Source of the DNA: Lingula anatina
Taxonomy: Eukaryota > Animalia > Brachiopoda
Direction: 5' to 3'
Length of the DNA: 64,000 bases
Assembly: GCA_051362555.1 (NCBI GenBank)
Contig: CM120643.1
Span: 29,268,848-29,332,847, forward strand
In this document: one piece after another, positions 49,701-62,635 of the stretch
How the letters are laid out: the number at the start of each line of letters is the position of its first letter
Numbering within the stretch: the first letter of the stretch is position 1
The notes under the pieces: model-generated
The model's database searches: none
What the model was told of the DNA's origin: nothing
The model's input: the letters and a program-made list of their open reading frames with translations, nothing else
Translations under genes and position numbers: made by a program

Positions 49701-52700
49701 GCACATGCGCGCATAGCAAAACTACGGGAATCATTAGTTCGGCAAATTCCATGCATAAGCGTAAGGGAGTGATATTCTACGTAGTTTTGGAGATCGTTAT
49801 TGGTCCGACTGATACAAAAGAACGGCTCTCATTGGTCTTAGATGATGTTAAAAATAGAAATCCCACAAAAAAGTTACATGCGCTCTGCATTTGACAGCTT
49901 AGCCACCATTTTTCGGGTATTTGCATTAGCTGCGATGTGAAATTTTTTGCATATGGCGTAAGCAAGCCAAAGCAACGAGATATTCTGAAGTACCAAGCAC
50001 TAGTTCGTTTAGTCAAGAATCCAGCGCTGATTCAGAATGTAAGAAAGTCTAAAATGACTATCTTTAAGATTCACTTCTAAAATTAAGTCAGAGGGAGGCT
50101 GAAAACATTTATCATGAAAAGATGGGTTTTTAGTAAGGCTTTTAAACTATCGCCGTCACTTTCAGTTCTGATATTTTAACATTAATTAATTCTTTTAAAA
50201 AAGAATGAAGAACTGTGATTTGGATAAAACTTGTGATGTGTGAAATATTAAGTTTATTTGAATAAATAAAGTCATTTGAAAACAGTGTAATATGTGATTG
50301 TGGAAATGCATACCACATCATGAGGACCACTAAAAATTAGCTTGGACTAGTAACACAGCAAAGTCACTTGTCCCATAGGACCAGTGACCCAAAATTTCTG
50401 TTTCAACCCCTGTAAGGTGTTGATTAGCAACTGTGTAGAATTTTAGACTGTTTAGAATTTTAATACATTTTCCATTTGAATCCAGAAGGTGGCAGCACTT
50501 TCTGATGAGGCTTAGATTACTTTGTCTTGGCTGCTTTTTTGATAAACCTTGTTTCCATTCATTGTTTCTTGGCATCAACATATATTTCCAGATTTCATGA
50601 CAAATTTGTCAGTTTTTTGTATTTGTCATCCCTGAAAAAAAGGAATATTGGTTGAAAAGCAGCCAAAGTTCTACAAAATGAATTATAATTTTTTAAGTAT
50701 TCATGATATTAACAGGATTCTTTAAAATGCAAAAAGACCATTTTTATGAGTTCTGCTCATCTTGAAAAGTACTGACAGCGCTGGTCCCAAGTAAGACGAT
50801 TCATTTCTGTCAAAATTCTGTCATTCTGTCAAAATTCACCATCACCTGGGGTGGGCTTAGCCATATCACCACTTTTATGTCAATTTGTTATCAAAATGGT
50901 TATAATTTGACTAAAACAAGTCAAATCAAGCCCATTTTCTTTAGCCAATGAAGGCCAGTTTTAGCATTTGGCTAAATTGGCAAGTGTTAGCGCTACCCCA
51001 GATCACTTTTTTCAGGCAAAAAGGTCTCCGCAGAGTGTCAGTCAGAGATGAACAACTGGCGTCGCAGCTTAATGGAAGATTACCAGCTGACGCCTGAGGT
51101 AGCCAAGGACTGTTCGACTGAGGTGACCCAATACTGTGATGGTGGCACGGAGAGAGGCGGGAAGACACTACACTGTCTGATGGACCTGGCCAGACCCAGA
51201 GAGAGACAGTTTGATAAACAGCCCAGGATTAGTGAGCAATGTCTCAGAGCGGTGAGTTGGGAGAATCTTAATTGTGGTTTGTCATTGGGGCTTGTGGTAA
51301 TTTTAGGTGATGAAATCTTTGAACGAGGTAAAAATGAAAATTTATCAGTTAAATTCAGGGATTTTATGGAAATCATCTTCTGGGTCATTCGGAGACAGAA
51401 TATTTCAAGTTAACATTGACGGGCATCTAATTTTTTCAGAAGACGGTCAAAAATGAAAAATGGCTCAACAAAAAAAATTTGTAAGCCTGTCAGAAAATGT
51501 CTCTGGATCCACCCCTGAAAATTGCAACTTTAGCCATGTTATGGCAGATTTTTTGCATGAAGATCTTAAAACTGTTCACAGCAACAAGCGTATAAAGTGA
51601 TGTATTAAATCATTTCAGCTGGAGGGTCTGATTAAGGTGGCGGATGCGGCAGAAGACATCAGGGTGGATCCCTCCGTGATGCAGGCGTGTCAACCTGTGG
51701 CTAGTGTGCTGTGTAAAGATGTCAAACCAGGAGATGCCAAGTAAGACCAGTTTCACAAAAAAAACTAAGTCAGGTTCCCTGGCTAAGAGCTTAATTACCA
51801 AGGTTACATGGTCACATGGGCACATCTTACCCTATCAGGAGCAGTGTGACAGCATTCACATGGAAATCATAGTCAACTTAGCCAGGGGACTGACTTAAGT
51901 TTTTTTGTGAAACTGGCACCAGGTTACGTACTTATAGATTTTACCTTAGACTAGTTAAACTAAAACATTTTTGGACCATATGAAGTAAAGTTCAGGTAGA
52001 TTTTGTGTAAGATTTGTAAAACAGTTGAATTAAAAAGAAAGGTTTTCAACAAAGTCACTAAGCATGCTTATTCCTATACAGCCAAAAGATTAAGAATTGT
52101 TTTATTTGATTAAATCTTGTGCAAATCGTGCAAATTTCTATAGAGGTGGGAGAGGGTGGGTTGAAAAGTTTCCAGTGCAGGTTAGATTGGTCTAGGTAAT
52201 ACAAAGTCCTAATGGCAGCTATACCTATTTCCAGTGTGATGGCATGCCTGATGGACAAGATGGAGTCAGACAAAATGACAGACGAATGCGAAGAGCGCCT
52301 GGTAGAAATACAGTACTTTGTAGCTAGGGACTTCAAGTAAGTGATTTTACACATAATATTGCCATTTTTAAAGTGATGTTACCTTTTGCTAGGATGTAGT
52401 TGTATAATTATTACTGGAAAAACTGAAAAACTGTTTAGTTCACTTTGAACTCTCACTTTTTTTATTAATTGGAAAATAGTATGGCAAACTACAAAATTGG
52501 ATATTATTTTTAAAAATAACTTAAAGTTGTCTTTAAAAACTGGTCATTACAGTTTGTGTGTAGTTGTTTATTTAGAATATATCTTATTTTAAAATATAAT
52601 CACACGACAGGGATTTCTGTGAACTTGATATGAACAACACTTTGTAATTGTTTTGTGCATGTTATTGTACCACCAGCGTTAGCGCTGGCGGTACACATGG

Positions 52701-55700
52701 TTTCGGTCTCGTCCGGATCGTTCCGCCGGCTCCGCCGGCTCCGCCGGACGGCTACCGTTACCGCTTCTCCTCCTAGACGGTAAGGCCCCCCATACCCATC
52801 TCATGGATTTAGGTCACCTATAATCTCAACTCGTTCCACGTAAAATTTGGGCTTTGTCGGTATTGGGGTCTGGGTGTGGCACTCATTGCAATGCACCCTT
52901 GTCCAAAAATGGCAAAATTAAATGCTAATTATCTACCCTACGGAAGGAGTTACGGGAAAAATTTCTACAGACGGCTTTCCAAAAGTCATATGTGTAGATT
53001 TCAAATATACCCTCGGATTTGACCTTTGACCTTTACTTCAAGGTCAAATGGGCCAAAATTTTCAAAAAAATGAAATTTTTTACGAAAAAAAAATTTTTTG
53101 CCCTGTTATTCAGACACCACACAGACTTAACCAATAATATTATTGGAAAGTGTTACCCTTCAGGTCATCTTTCATCTCCGTGAATTTGGGGTCAATCGGT
53201 GCATTTTCACAGGAGTAGCGGCCATAAGATACCGAAACTGAAAACTGTCTCTAATTCGGGAACCGTTAATGCTAGAGACCCATTCTTTTTTGCATTTTGT
53301 AGAGCATGTAAAGCCCAACACTGGAGGTGGTCTCGGTTTTTTTGTATTCCATACGGTTTTCGAGTTACGCTGTATCAAAAAGTACATATTGGTGGTGAAA
53401 GGAAAATGTACGGAAGCCCACTGGTGCCATATGTAGAAAAAAAAATTATCTCGAAATTTCGAGATACTATTTTGAAATTTGAACAAAAAAATTTACCACC
53501 AGCGTTAGCGCTGGCGGTACACATGGTTTCGGTCCCGTCCGGTCCGTTCCGCCGGCTCCGCCGCCATGTTACCGTTACCGCTTCTCCTCCTAGACGGTAA
53601 GGGCCCCCGTACCCATCTCATGGATTTAAGTCACCTATAATCTCAACTCGTTCCACGTAAAATTTGGGCTTTGTCGGTATTGGGGTCTGGGTGTGGCACT
53701 CATTGCAATGCACCCTTGTCTAAAAATGGCAAAATTAAATGCTAATTATCTACCCTACAGAAGGAGTTACGGGAAAAATTTCTATAGACGGCTTTCCAAA
53801 AGTCATATGTGTAGATTTCAAATATACCCTCGGATTTGACCTTTGACCTTTACTTCAAGGTCAAATGGGTCAAAATTTTCAAAAAAATGAAATTTTTTAC
53901 GAAAAAAAATTTTTTTGCCCTGTTATTCAGACGCCACACAGACTTAACCAATAATATTATTGGAAAGTGTTACCCTTCAGGTCATCTTTCATCTCCGTGA
54001 ATTTGGGGTCAATCGGTGCATTTTCACAGGAGTAGCGGCCATAAGATACCGAAACTGAAAACTGTCTCTAATTCGGGAACCGTTAATGCTAGAGACCCAT
54101 TCTTTTTTGCATTTTGTAGAGCATGTAAAGCCCAACACTGGAAGTGGTCTCGGTTTTTTTGTATTCCATACGGTTTTCGAGTTACGCTGTATCAGAAAGT
54201 ACATATTGGTGGTGAAAGGAAAATGTACGGAAGCCGACTGGTGCCATATGTAGAAAAAAAAATTATCTCGAAATTTCGAGATACTATTTTGAAATTTGAA
54301 CAAAAAAAATTTTTATCTCGAAATTTCGAGATAGCATTTTGAAATTTGAACAAAAAAAAAATTATCTCGAAATTTCGAGATAGCATTTTGATATTTGAGC
54401 AAAAAAATTTATCTCGAAATTTCGAGATAGTATTTTGAAATTTGAACAAAAAAAATGCTATCTCGAAATTTCGAGATAATTTTTTTTTTCAACATATGGC
54501 ACCAGTCGGCTTCCGTAAAAATGTGCAGTACGGTAATGGATAATAAATTTTGAACTCCGGAAAAATAAAACATAATGCTTGGCAAAGCAGACAACTTGTG
54601 GTCAAAAATGACATTATTTTATCAAATTTAAACTTCTGCAACTTCAGAGAACCTCCCATTTCAAGAACTTTGACCAAAATGACCTTTTCTTTATTTTAAT
54701 TAATTTTTTCTGTAGGAAATTTATGGCACATTATGGTAACTCCAAAATTATAACATTTAGTCCCTTATATCTCCAAAACTGGCAGAGATAGGTCCATAGT
54801 TACTATTGAAGTTGAATAGGAAGTCATATACTGGCAATCTTACTGTGACCTTGACATTGACCTTTGACCTACTTTTCACCATGAACTGAACTTTGCAAAT
54901 TTTGCTTCCCTTTTATCTCCAAAACTGGCAGAGATAGGTCCATAGTTACTATTGAAGTTGAATAGGAAGTCATATACTGGCAATCTTACTGTGACCTTGA
55001 AATTGACCTTTGACCTACTTATCACCATGAACTGAACTTTGCAAATTTTGCTTCCCTTTTATCTCCAAAACTGGCAGAGATAGGTCCATAGTTACTATTG
55101 AAGTTGAATAGGAAGTCATATACTGGCAATCTTACTGTGACCTTGAAATTGACCTTTGACCTACTTATCACCATGAACTGAACTTTGCAAATTTTGCTTC
55201 CCTTTTATCTCCAAAACTGGCAGAGATAGGTCCATAGTTACTATTGAACTTGAATAGGAAGTCATATACTGGCAATTTTACTGTGACCTTGAAATTGACC
55301 TTTGACCTACTTTTCACCTTGAACTGAACTTTGCAAAATTTGCTTCCCTTTTATCTCCAAAACTGGCAGAGATAGGTCCATAGTTACTATTGAACTTGCA
55401 TAGGAAGTCATATACTGGCAATTTTACTGTGACCTTGAAATTGACCTTTGACCTTCTTTTCACCATGAACTGAACTTTGCAAATTTTGCTTCCCTTTTAT
55501 CTCCAAAACTGACAGAGATAGGTCCATAGTTACTATTGAAGTTGAATAGGAAGTCATATACTGGCAATCTAAATGTGACCTTGAAATTGACCTTTGACCT
55601 ACTTTTCACCATGAACTGAACTTTGCAAATTTTGCTTCCCTTTTATCTCCAAAACTGGCAGAGATAGGTCCATAGTTACTATTGAAGTTGAATAGGAAGT

Positions 55701-58700
55701 CATATACTGGCAATCTTACTGTGACCTTGAAATTGACCTTTGACCTACTTATCACCATGAACTGAACTTTGCAAATTTTGCTTCCCTTTTATCTCCAAAA
55801 CTGGCAGAGATAGGTCCATAGTTACTATTGAACTTGAATAGGAAGTCATATACTGGCAATTTTACTGTGACCTTGAAATTGACCTTTGACCTACTTTTCA
55901 CCTTGAACTGAACTTTGCAAAATTTGCTTCCCTTTTATCTCCAAAACTGGCAGAGATAGGTCCATAGTTACTATTGAACTTGCATAGGAAGTCATATACT
56001 GGCAATTTTACTGTGACCTTGAAATTGACCTTTGACCTTCTTTTCACCATGAACTGAACTTTGCAAATTTTGCTTCCCTTTTATCTCCAAAACTGGCAGA
56101 GATAGGTCCATAGTTACTATTGAAGTTGAATAGGAAGTCATATACTGGCAATCTAAATGTGACCTTGAAATTGACCTTTGACCTACTTTTCACCATGAAC
56201 TGAACTTTGCAAATTTTGCTTCCCTTTTATCTCCAAAACTGGCAGAGATAGGTCCATAGTTACTATTGAAGTTGAATAGGAAGTCATATACTGGCAATCT
56301 TACTGTGACCTTGAAATTGACCTTTGACCTACTTTTCACCATGAACTGAACTTTGCAAATTTTGCTTCCCTTTTATCTCCAAAACTGGCAGAGATAGGTC
56401 CATAGTTACTATTGAAGTTGGATAGGAAATCATATACTGGCAATTTACTGTGACCTTGAAATTGACCTTTGACCTACCTTACAATGAACTTAACTTTGAT
56501 TGCACCATTTTTAGTTATATATATTTTTTGCATATTTTGAAAATTCTTGTTGATTGCATTTTTACAGCTTGTCAAGCACAAGACTGGTGGCTGCACCCCT
56601 TATTTTGTGTATGTGGGGGTCTACACGAATGCGCTTGCTCCAGCTGGTGGTACAATATTCGGAGGCGGTATCGCCTCTCTGATCCTCTAGTTTAAGATAT
56701 TTCTGTGTGTGTGTATTTGTTGTTGAAGTATGCCGACTCATGGTAGCAGGTACTGATGTCCTCAAAACCCTGACTGTATTGTTGTCCAACTGTTGGCTTG
56801 TCTGCTGTCTTCAGGGACCAGTTTCTTTGTATATTTTAAATTATTACTCAAGAATGAACACTCGCAAAAAAAAAAAAAAAAAAAAAAAACTAATGTACAA
56901 ATGTGCATCTTGTTTCTCTTTTCCTCTTGATTACTCTGCATTTACCTTTTTATTTACCAAAAAAAAAAAGTATTAAATGCTAGTTTCTACCTGAATCTTC
57001 AAATCTGAAGACCATGTTCTCCTGTCAAGCTATGGAGAGGCCTTAGTTACTACATCTTTTTATTTCTCTGTCTATGCATACAGTTATATGAAGTCTCTCT
57101 CATCAGGGGTGGATCAGCCCCCCCCTTCCCACAAGACCTTCCTATTTTTTCTAATTATGAAATTGTTGATTTTTATTTTAAAAGTACAAAAAAGGGAAAG
57201 GTATTATTTTTTCTCTATTTTTTCTTTCTCCCTATGTTAGCATTCTCTGTTGCCAGCTCCTCTTGCTCACACTGCCACCTATATTTCCAGTCTAGACTCC
57301 AGACTACACAAACTATGTCACAAAGATGCAGTAAAGCACTGCCACGCCTCTGAGAACTGGTACGATCCTGACACGGAAGGGCCCAGTAACGGCCCCTTAA
57401 TCCTGCCTTGCCTTTACGGCAGAATCATGCATCACGAAAACGATCCTCATATGCAGGTAATTCTGTGCGATGTTGTCTTTGTTTGTTGCAGTCTGGCGCA
57501 GTGGATAGTTGCAGGTATGGAATAACCAACCCAGGATGTCTGTTTTGACTCATTGTCTTTCTTTTCCTTTTTAGCCTTAGATGTGGAAGAATCTACCCCT
57601 TGGCGTGGTTTTTGTTTAATTTCTGATGTTGTATTAAATGAAGGTTGTGTTCTTTAGTTCCAGGTGAAAACTTCCTATTTCATAACTTTGGTGGACTGAC
57701 ATATTGAAGAGGGGACTTATTAAATATCACCATAACTTCAGAGTTCATAATTTGTTTTGTGAATCGCATACAGATATCTTTTGTACGACCAGTCAAAATT
57801 TTTTTAAGACTACCAGTCAAAATTTTTTTTAGGATCATATTGCTACCTGAATTTTATCTTAAGTGTCCTAAGTGCCATAAAGTTATAATTTTTTTCAAAA
57901 GTTGCTAATTTATTGGCAAGATGAGCCCCGTTTCACAAAGCAGGTTGTGTCCTCTCTGATTTTATGTGTGGTATTTACACCAGTGGTCTCCATATTTATA
58001 CAACTTTTTTTCGATGTTTCTAACGTCTCTGTGTCTATCCCTTGTCTCAGTCTGGCGCCTCGTCTTTACCGGAAGTGTTGGAAGGTGGCACAGAATTACT
58101 GTGGGGTCCAGGACTGGAGGACGGAGATGTCCGAAAATGAGCGAAAAAAGAGGCCACCGGGTTTTGTTCTCGCATGCCTGCATCGCAAATTTAAGGAAAT
58201 GCCCAAGGATCATTTGCAGAAGGACGATGTGAATAATAAATGAATTTGTGCTTTTGTTTTCTTCTCATGAATATTGATGCACTTTTTTATATCACAAGTT
58301 GTTTGATTTGAAAAAAAATTGGAATATTTATGCATGGCTGATTAAATATGCACTTTTCATCCAGTATTCAAAGTAACAGGCTGTTTTTATCAAACATCTC
58401 AATCTTCAAGCAACTTTTTAAACATTTAACATTTTTATGAACTGAAAGCAAACCCAGAAGAAACATCTGCTTCCATGATAGACAAACAGCTTTCAGTGCA
58501 AATTTCCGCAACACAGTTGGGATACACTGATAGAGTATGGTCATGCTTTGATTGCTATCTAGAAGCTTGTCATTTACATAACTCTGTCATGAAATTTCAT
58601 TTTAAATATGATGATGAAAAGAGTGCATGGATATTGTGTTAGCTGTTGATCCAAGGCTTTAATTTCCCTGCAGTGTGTCTTGTGTGTGATCGTCTGCTGT

Positions 58701-61700
58701 TTCATTGATGGAAGTTATTCTTAATTTTAGGTGTCTTGGGTTGAAGTTTTCCACTTCTTTACCTTCTTTTCCATTTTTTTTGATTACATAATGGAAGAAG
58801 TGCTGTTAGTTTATTCATATATAATAAACATGTTTCTGTTAGTGTCTGAAGGTTCTAACAATTTACTAACAATTTCAGAGTTACAAATTATGTATTCTGT
58901 TGAGTCTTGCACTTGATTTTTGAAGGTGTTGAAATCTGGAGAAAAAAAAACAAAGTCAACCCAGTTTCCAAACTCCTGAGTTCTGCACTTTTTGTGGATG
59001 ATGTTTGTATTTTGCACATTCTTGATAATTTTCTTCTGTTTTTCTACTTGATTTCAGCTCATGCTTTATCTAATTCCAATTACTAGTTTCTTTTAGTCAT
59101 GATAGCCCCCGTATCCTGCTGTTGTTAATATTGATTGGATTATTTTCTATTATGATTTATGTCATTTACTACAATTTATAGCAAAAGTGAAGTTCAAGAG
59201 AAACAAAACCAACAAACAAATCGAAAAAAGTTGATTTAAAAAGTTTGGATAAGATCATAATGTTGTAATGATGATTCTATTCAACCAGTTTGTGTTTAAA
59301 AAGTAATTATTCAAATAACTTGTAGCCTACGAGAAAGTTAATACAAATAATGCTTTGCTGTTACTTGTAGTAAATTGCATTTGTGAAGGATTTTATATTG
59401 AGTTTATGGCTTTGTTTCTATTAAGTTTTGTGGAATGAAATGGTTTTATATGTTTGGTTATGTCGTAAATATCTACAAATGTATGGAGATATTTTTCTTT
59501 TATTTTGTATTACATAATATTTGAGGGCTTTAAAAGTTTAAGGTAATATTTGTGATTAAAAATTAATTTTAGATAGATATATTTACAAGGTAACAAGTTT
59601 TCCTTGGGACTGTAGAAAAAAATAAAGATTCATTCTTAAATAAGTTTGAAATATGAATATTATAAAACAACCAGATCTTTGCCCTTTTTGTTCTTCAGAT
59701 TTCCCGCCAGTGTGCACTGGAAGTGAAGCGTGTGATGCACCAGAGGGCGCTAAATGTAGATCTGGAACCACGTATTGAGGAGCCGTGTATGGCTGATCTT
59801 GCCACGTACTGTTCACAGGAGACAGAGAAAGGAGCTGTGAGTATACACAGTTTGATGAAAATCTTGGCCTTTGATTCTTACTCAGTTTTCCAGTAGATGG
59901 AGAGAGAGGCCATGACAGTCTGCTTTAAGTTTGCAGGTGTTGACATGTCTGCCAATTTTAGCTTAATATAAATTTCTGTCATACTCTTATTATTTGAGCC
60001 ATTACAGGAATAAGGAAAATTAAAAAATCATTTTCCTACAATTTTCAGTCAAATTTCACTTGCTAAATTTGTTTTTTCTTTTTGTTTTTCTATTTTTTAT
60101 TTTTCCTTGTATACAGGAAGTGGAATGTCTCCAAGACAACTATGATAGTTTGAGTGACGAATGCCAGGAAGCAGTGGGTAACTTCACAGAAGACGAGGAT
60201 GCAGACATAGAACTAGACAAGATCCTGATGAAGGCTTGTATGCCAATGTTGAGGACTTTCTGCCAGGTTGGTTCTTCTCCTTATCTGTACAGACAGCAGA
60301 CCAGTAGTCGGGGGTGGGGTGGGGGTGGGGTGGGGGGGGTTGAAAGTGCCTATTTTTGCTGCCAATTTACTGTAGGAATAGATTAACTTTAAGTAATCTT
60401 CTTCATATGATTCAGAAAGTATTTAAAAACATAATAGTGTTTAATGAGAATATATATACATTTTATTTTTCATTATTATAAGAAACCAATTAACAAAAAA
60501 AGGAAAAATTAAATAAGAACATTTTCTGCATTTATTGTTTCAAGCTACAGGGGATTTGTGAAAAAAAATAATAAAAAAATAACCAAAAAGCAATCTTGTT
60601 TATGTTATTAGAAAGAGATGGAGGATGACAGAGATACAGGAGAAGTAATGGAGTGCCTTATCAAACAGAAACACTCCCCCCAGATGGACCTCAAGTGTGC
60701 AGCAGGCATAGAGCATCATCAGCTGGTATGTAGGCAACACATAGGACACTTGTTCTTTAGTTTTTTCTTTCTCCATAAATCAAGCAATGATTCAAGACAT
60801 CAGACATTGCTGTTTTTACTTGGGAGGAAAATTAGATTTGGTGCAAATAATCTTATGCTGAATAGCTCAAACACAGTGGCACAGTTACTGCAGTAACATG
60901 TCCAACACAATTGGAAAAACTTGTATTTTCACAATGAACACATTAGCACATTTGGTGTATTATCACACCTAACACAATGGCAAAACATTGTATATTCACA
61001 TCTTACACAATGCTCTCTCTGTTCCAGATCACACTTAAGGACTACAGATTTAGCCACAAGTTTAAAGAAGCCTGCAAAGCTGATGTTATGAAGTTATGCA
61101 AAAATGCCAAATCAAAGTGAGTACAGAGTTTCAAAATTTAAACTATTTCTTGAAATGTCTACCTTGTATTTTGCATAAAAGCAGTCCTTTTGAGGTTGAA
61201 TAAAAAAAATGCTTTACTATTGGCCATTCCACAGTAACACACAGTTTGTGTTCTTTGCATAATTTTAACTTATCCCAATATTTTGCATGTTTGACACTGA
61301 AGAAATATCAGATATGGCTGGGGTAGGGCTAGCAATTTTTTTCGCTTAGCCAAATCACCACTTTGTCAGTTTGTTATCCAAATGGTTATAATTTGACTAA
61401 AACAAATCAAATCAAGCCCTTTTTGTTTAGCCAATTTAAGTCAGTTTTAGCATTTGGCTAAATTGGCGAGTGTTAGCGCTACCCCAGTATGGGAAGATTT
61501 CGACAGTAATTAAAAAATGGTATAAAACAGTTATGAAATATTTCACACAAAATGTGTCTCTGATGTGAATTTTTTGTGGATTGACCCAAAACTGTCATGG
61601 AGAATATTTTCTCTTTATAAATTCCTTTCTGATGTCTATTTCTCCTTTAATCTTCACATCTGTGTTCTTTGTTTTTCAATAAAGAATTTATTTGTTAATG

Positions 61701-62635
61701 CATTTCTTCCTCAGGTCCCAGGTAGTGGTCTGCCTTAGTGAACACATGAGAAATGACACCCTGCTGGATAAAGTACAGAGATTGTCTGCTAAGTGTCTGT
61801 CACAGCTGAAGTTTGAACTGTTACAGAGGGTAAGTTAACACACTGCTGGATAAAGTACAGAGATTGTCTGCTAAGTGTCTGTCACAGCTGAAGTTTGAAC
61901 TGTTACAGAGGGTAAGTTAACACACTGCTGGATAAAGTACAGAGATTGTCTGCTAAGTGTCTGTCACAGCTGAAGTTTGAACTGTTACAGAGGGTAAGTT
62001 AACACCTTGCTAGATAAAGTACAGATATTGATTTTCAGAATAACTTTATCTTCAAGTTATCAGTTGTGGTTGAAGTTTGTGCTGTGGTAGCCAGTAAGTG
62101 GGGAAAGGAATCTACTTTGAACAAGGACTACATCTTTTTTTTATCCATAACTTTAACAAAAATCAATTTTTCAAGATGTGTGATTTTAGCAAAAAAAAAA
62201 AAAAAAAGAAACTAAATAATGCCCACACTAAAAAAACACTGCTGTTCCGTCTTTGTCAGTTCTTGAGCTTAAACTTGGAAATCACAATATTGAGTGAATT
62301 CTTGTCAAACTTACATATCTTTAAGATTCCTTATTGTATGAGCATTAGTGTACTAATCATTCTCTCTTTGATATTTTAAAAACAAAATTATTGCTATATT
62401 AATTTATGTACAGCATTTAGTATGGTTGCATATATTTGTAATTATTTCTTATTTACTGATTTTTTAGTCGGAGTCGATTAAACTGGACCCAGATCTTCTC
62501 CGGTCATGCCAGGAAGATATTGACCAGTTTTGCCCAGACAAGAATGCAGGGAACGCAGAGGTCACCGAGTGCCTTAGGAAGAAAAACCCAAAGAAACTGT
62601 CCAGTTCATGTAGAAGTATGTTGTTTAAACGAGAG
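42892..62635 (+). CDS. GLG1: Golgi apparatus protein 1 (cysteine-rich FGF receptor / ESL-1 / MG-160), 5' part; continues beyond the window
   Basis: Exons 42892-43407, 47182-47214, 47802-47888, 48264-48482, 48812-49057, 49260-49446, 51016-51251, 51619-51740, 52235-52336, 57291-57456 or 58051-58228, 59699-59836, 60117-60266, 60612-60725, 61028-61116, 61715-61829 and 62468-62635; GT-AG with continuous frame. Signal peptide, Gln-rich N-terminus, and repeated three-Cys units with GLG1-typical motifs (IFSDYRLI, AELQSDDYHMDRPLYFAC, EIQYFVARD, CAAGIEHHQL, KDYRFSHKFKEAC). Confidence 0.93.
45401..45660. mobile_element. Fully palindromic MITE with 3-bp TTA target duplication (PIF/Harbinger-type)
   Basis: TTA|GGCTTCGTTCACATGCAATGTCTATTTTC ... 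GAAAATAGACATTGCATGTGAACGAAGCC|TTA, with arms of ~120 bp. Confidence 0.88.
50846..51001. mobile_element. MITE with CTGGGGT...ACCCCAG termini and 5-bp TSD (ATCAC)
   Basis: Homologous to 61318-61487; flanked by ATCAC on both sides. Confidence 0.75.
51746..51917. mobile_element. MITE remnant adjacent to a GLG1 splice donor
   Basis: CCAGTTTCACAAAAAAAACTAAGTCAG..CCCTGGCTAAG versus CTTAGCCAGGGGACTGACTTAAGTTTTTTTGTGAAACTGG. Confidence 0.7.
52664..56690 (+). mobile_element. Helentron-type non-autonomous element (HINE-like, ~4 kb) in a GLG1 intron
   Basis: 5' subTIR ATTGTACCACCAG with adjacent inverted copy (GTACCACCAGCG-ttag-CGCTGGCGGTAC), (CCGGCT)n, a duplicated ~820 bp block, TCTCGAAATTTCGAGA repeats, 146-bp array, 3' subTIR CTGGTGGTACAAT at 56644-56656, hairpin at 56661-56678, CTAG-TT end. 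Confidence 0.82.
54769..56480. repeat. Tandem array, 146 bp unit, ~12 copies
   Basis: ATCTCCAAAACTG recurs at 54769, 54915, 55061 ... 56375. Confidence 0.97.
61318..61487. mobile_element. MITE with CTGGGGT...ACCCCAG termini and 5-bp TSD (TATGG)
   Basis: TATGG|CTGGGGTAGGGCTAGC ... GTTAGCGCTACCCCAG|TATGG. Confidence 0.8.
61761..62025 (+). repeat. 82-bp tandem repeat (3 full copies plus a partial) spanning a GLG1 exon end and donor
   Basis: CTGCTGGATAAAGTACAGAG...TTACAGAGGGTAAGTTAACAC starts at 61761, 61843 and 61925. Confidence 0.95.

Noticed and set aside
53172-54449. Duplicated 104-133 aa ORFs on both strands
   Set aside because: They arise from the ~820-bp internal duplication of a non-autonomous element and show no recognisable domain.
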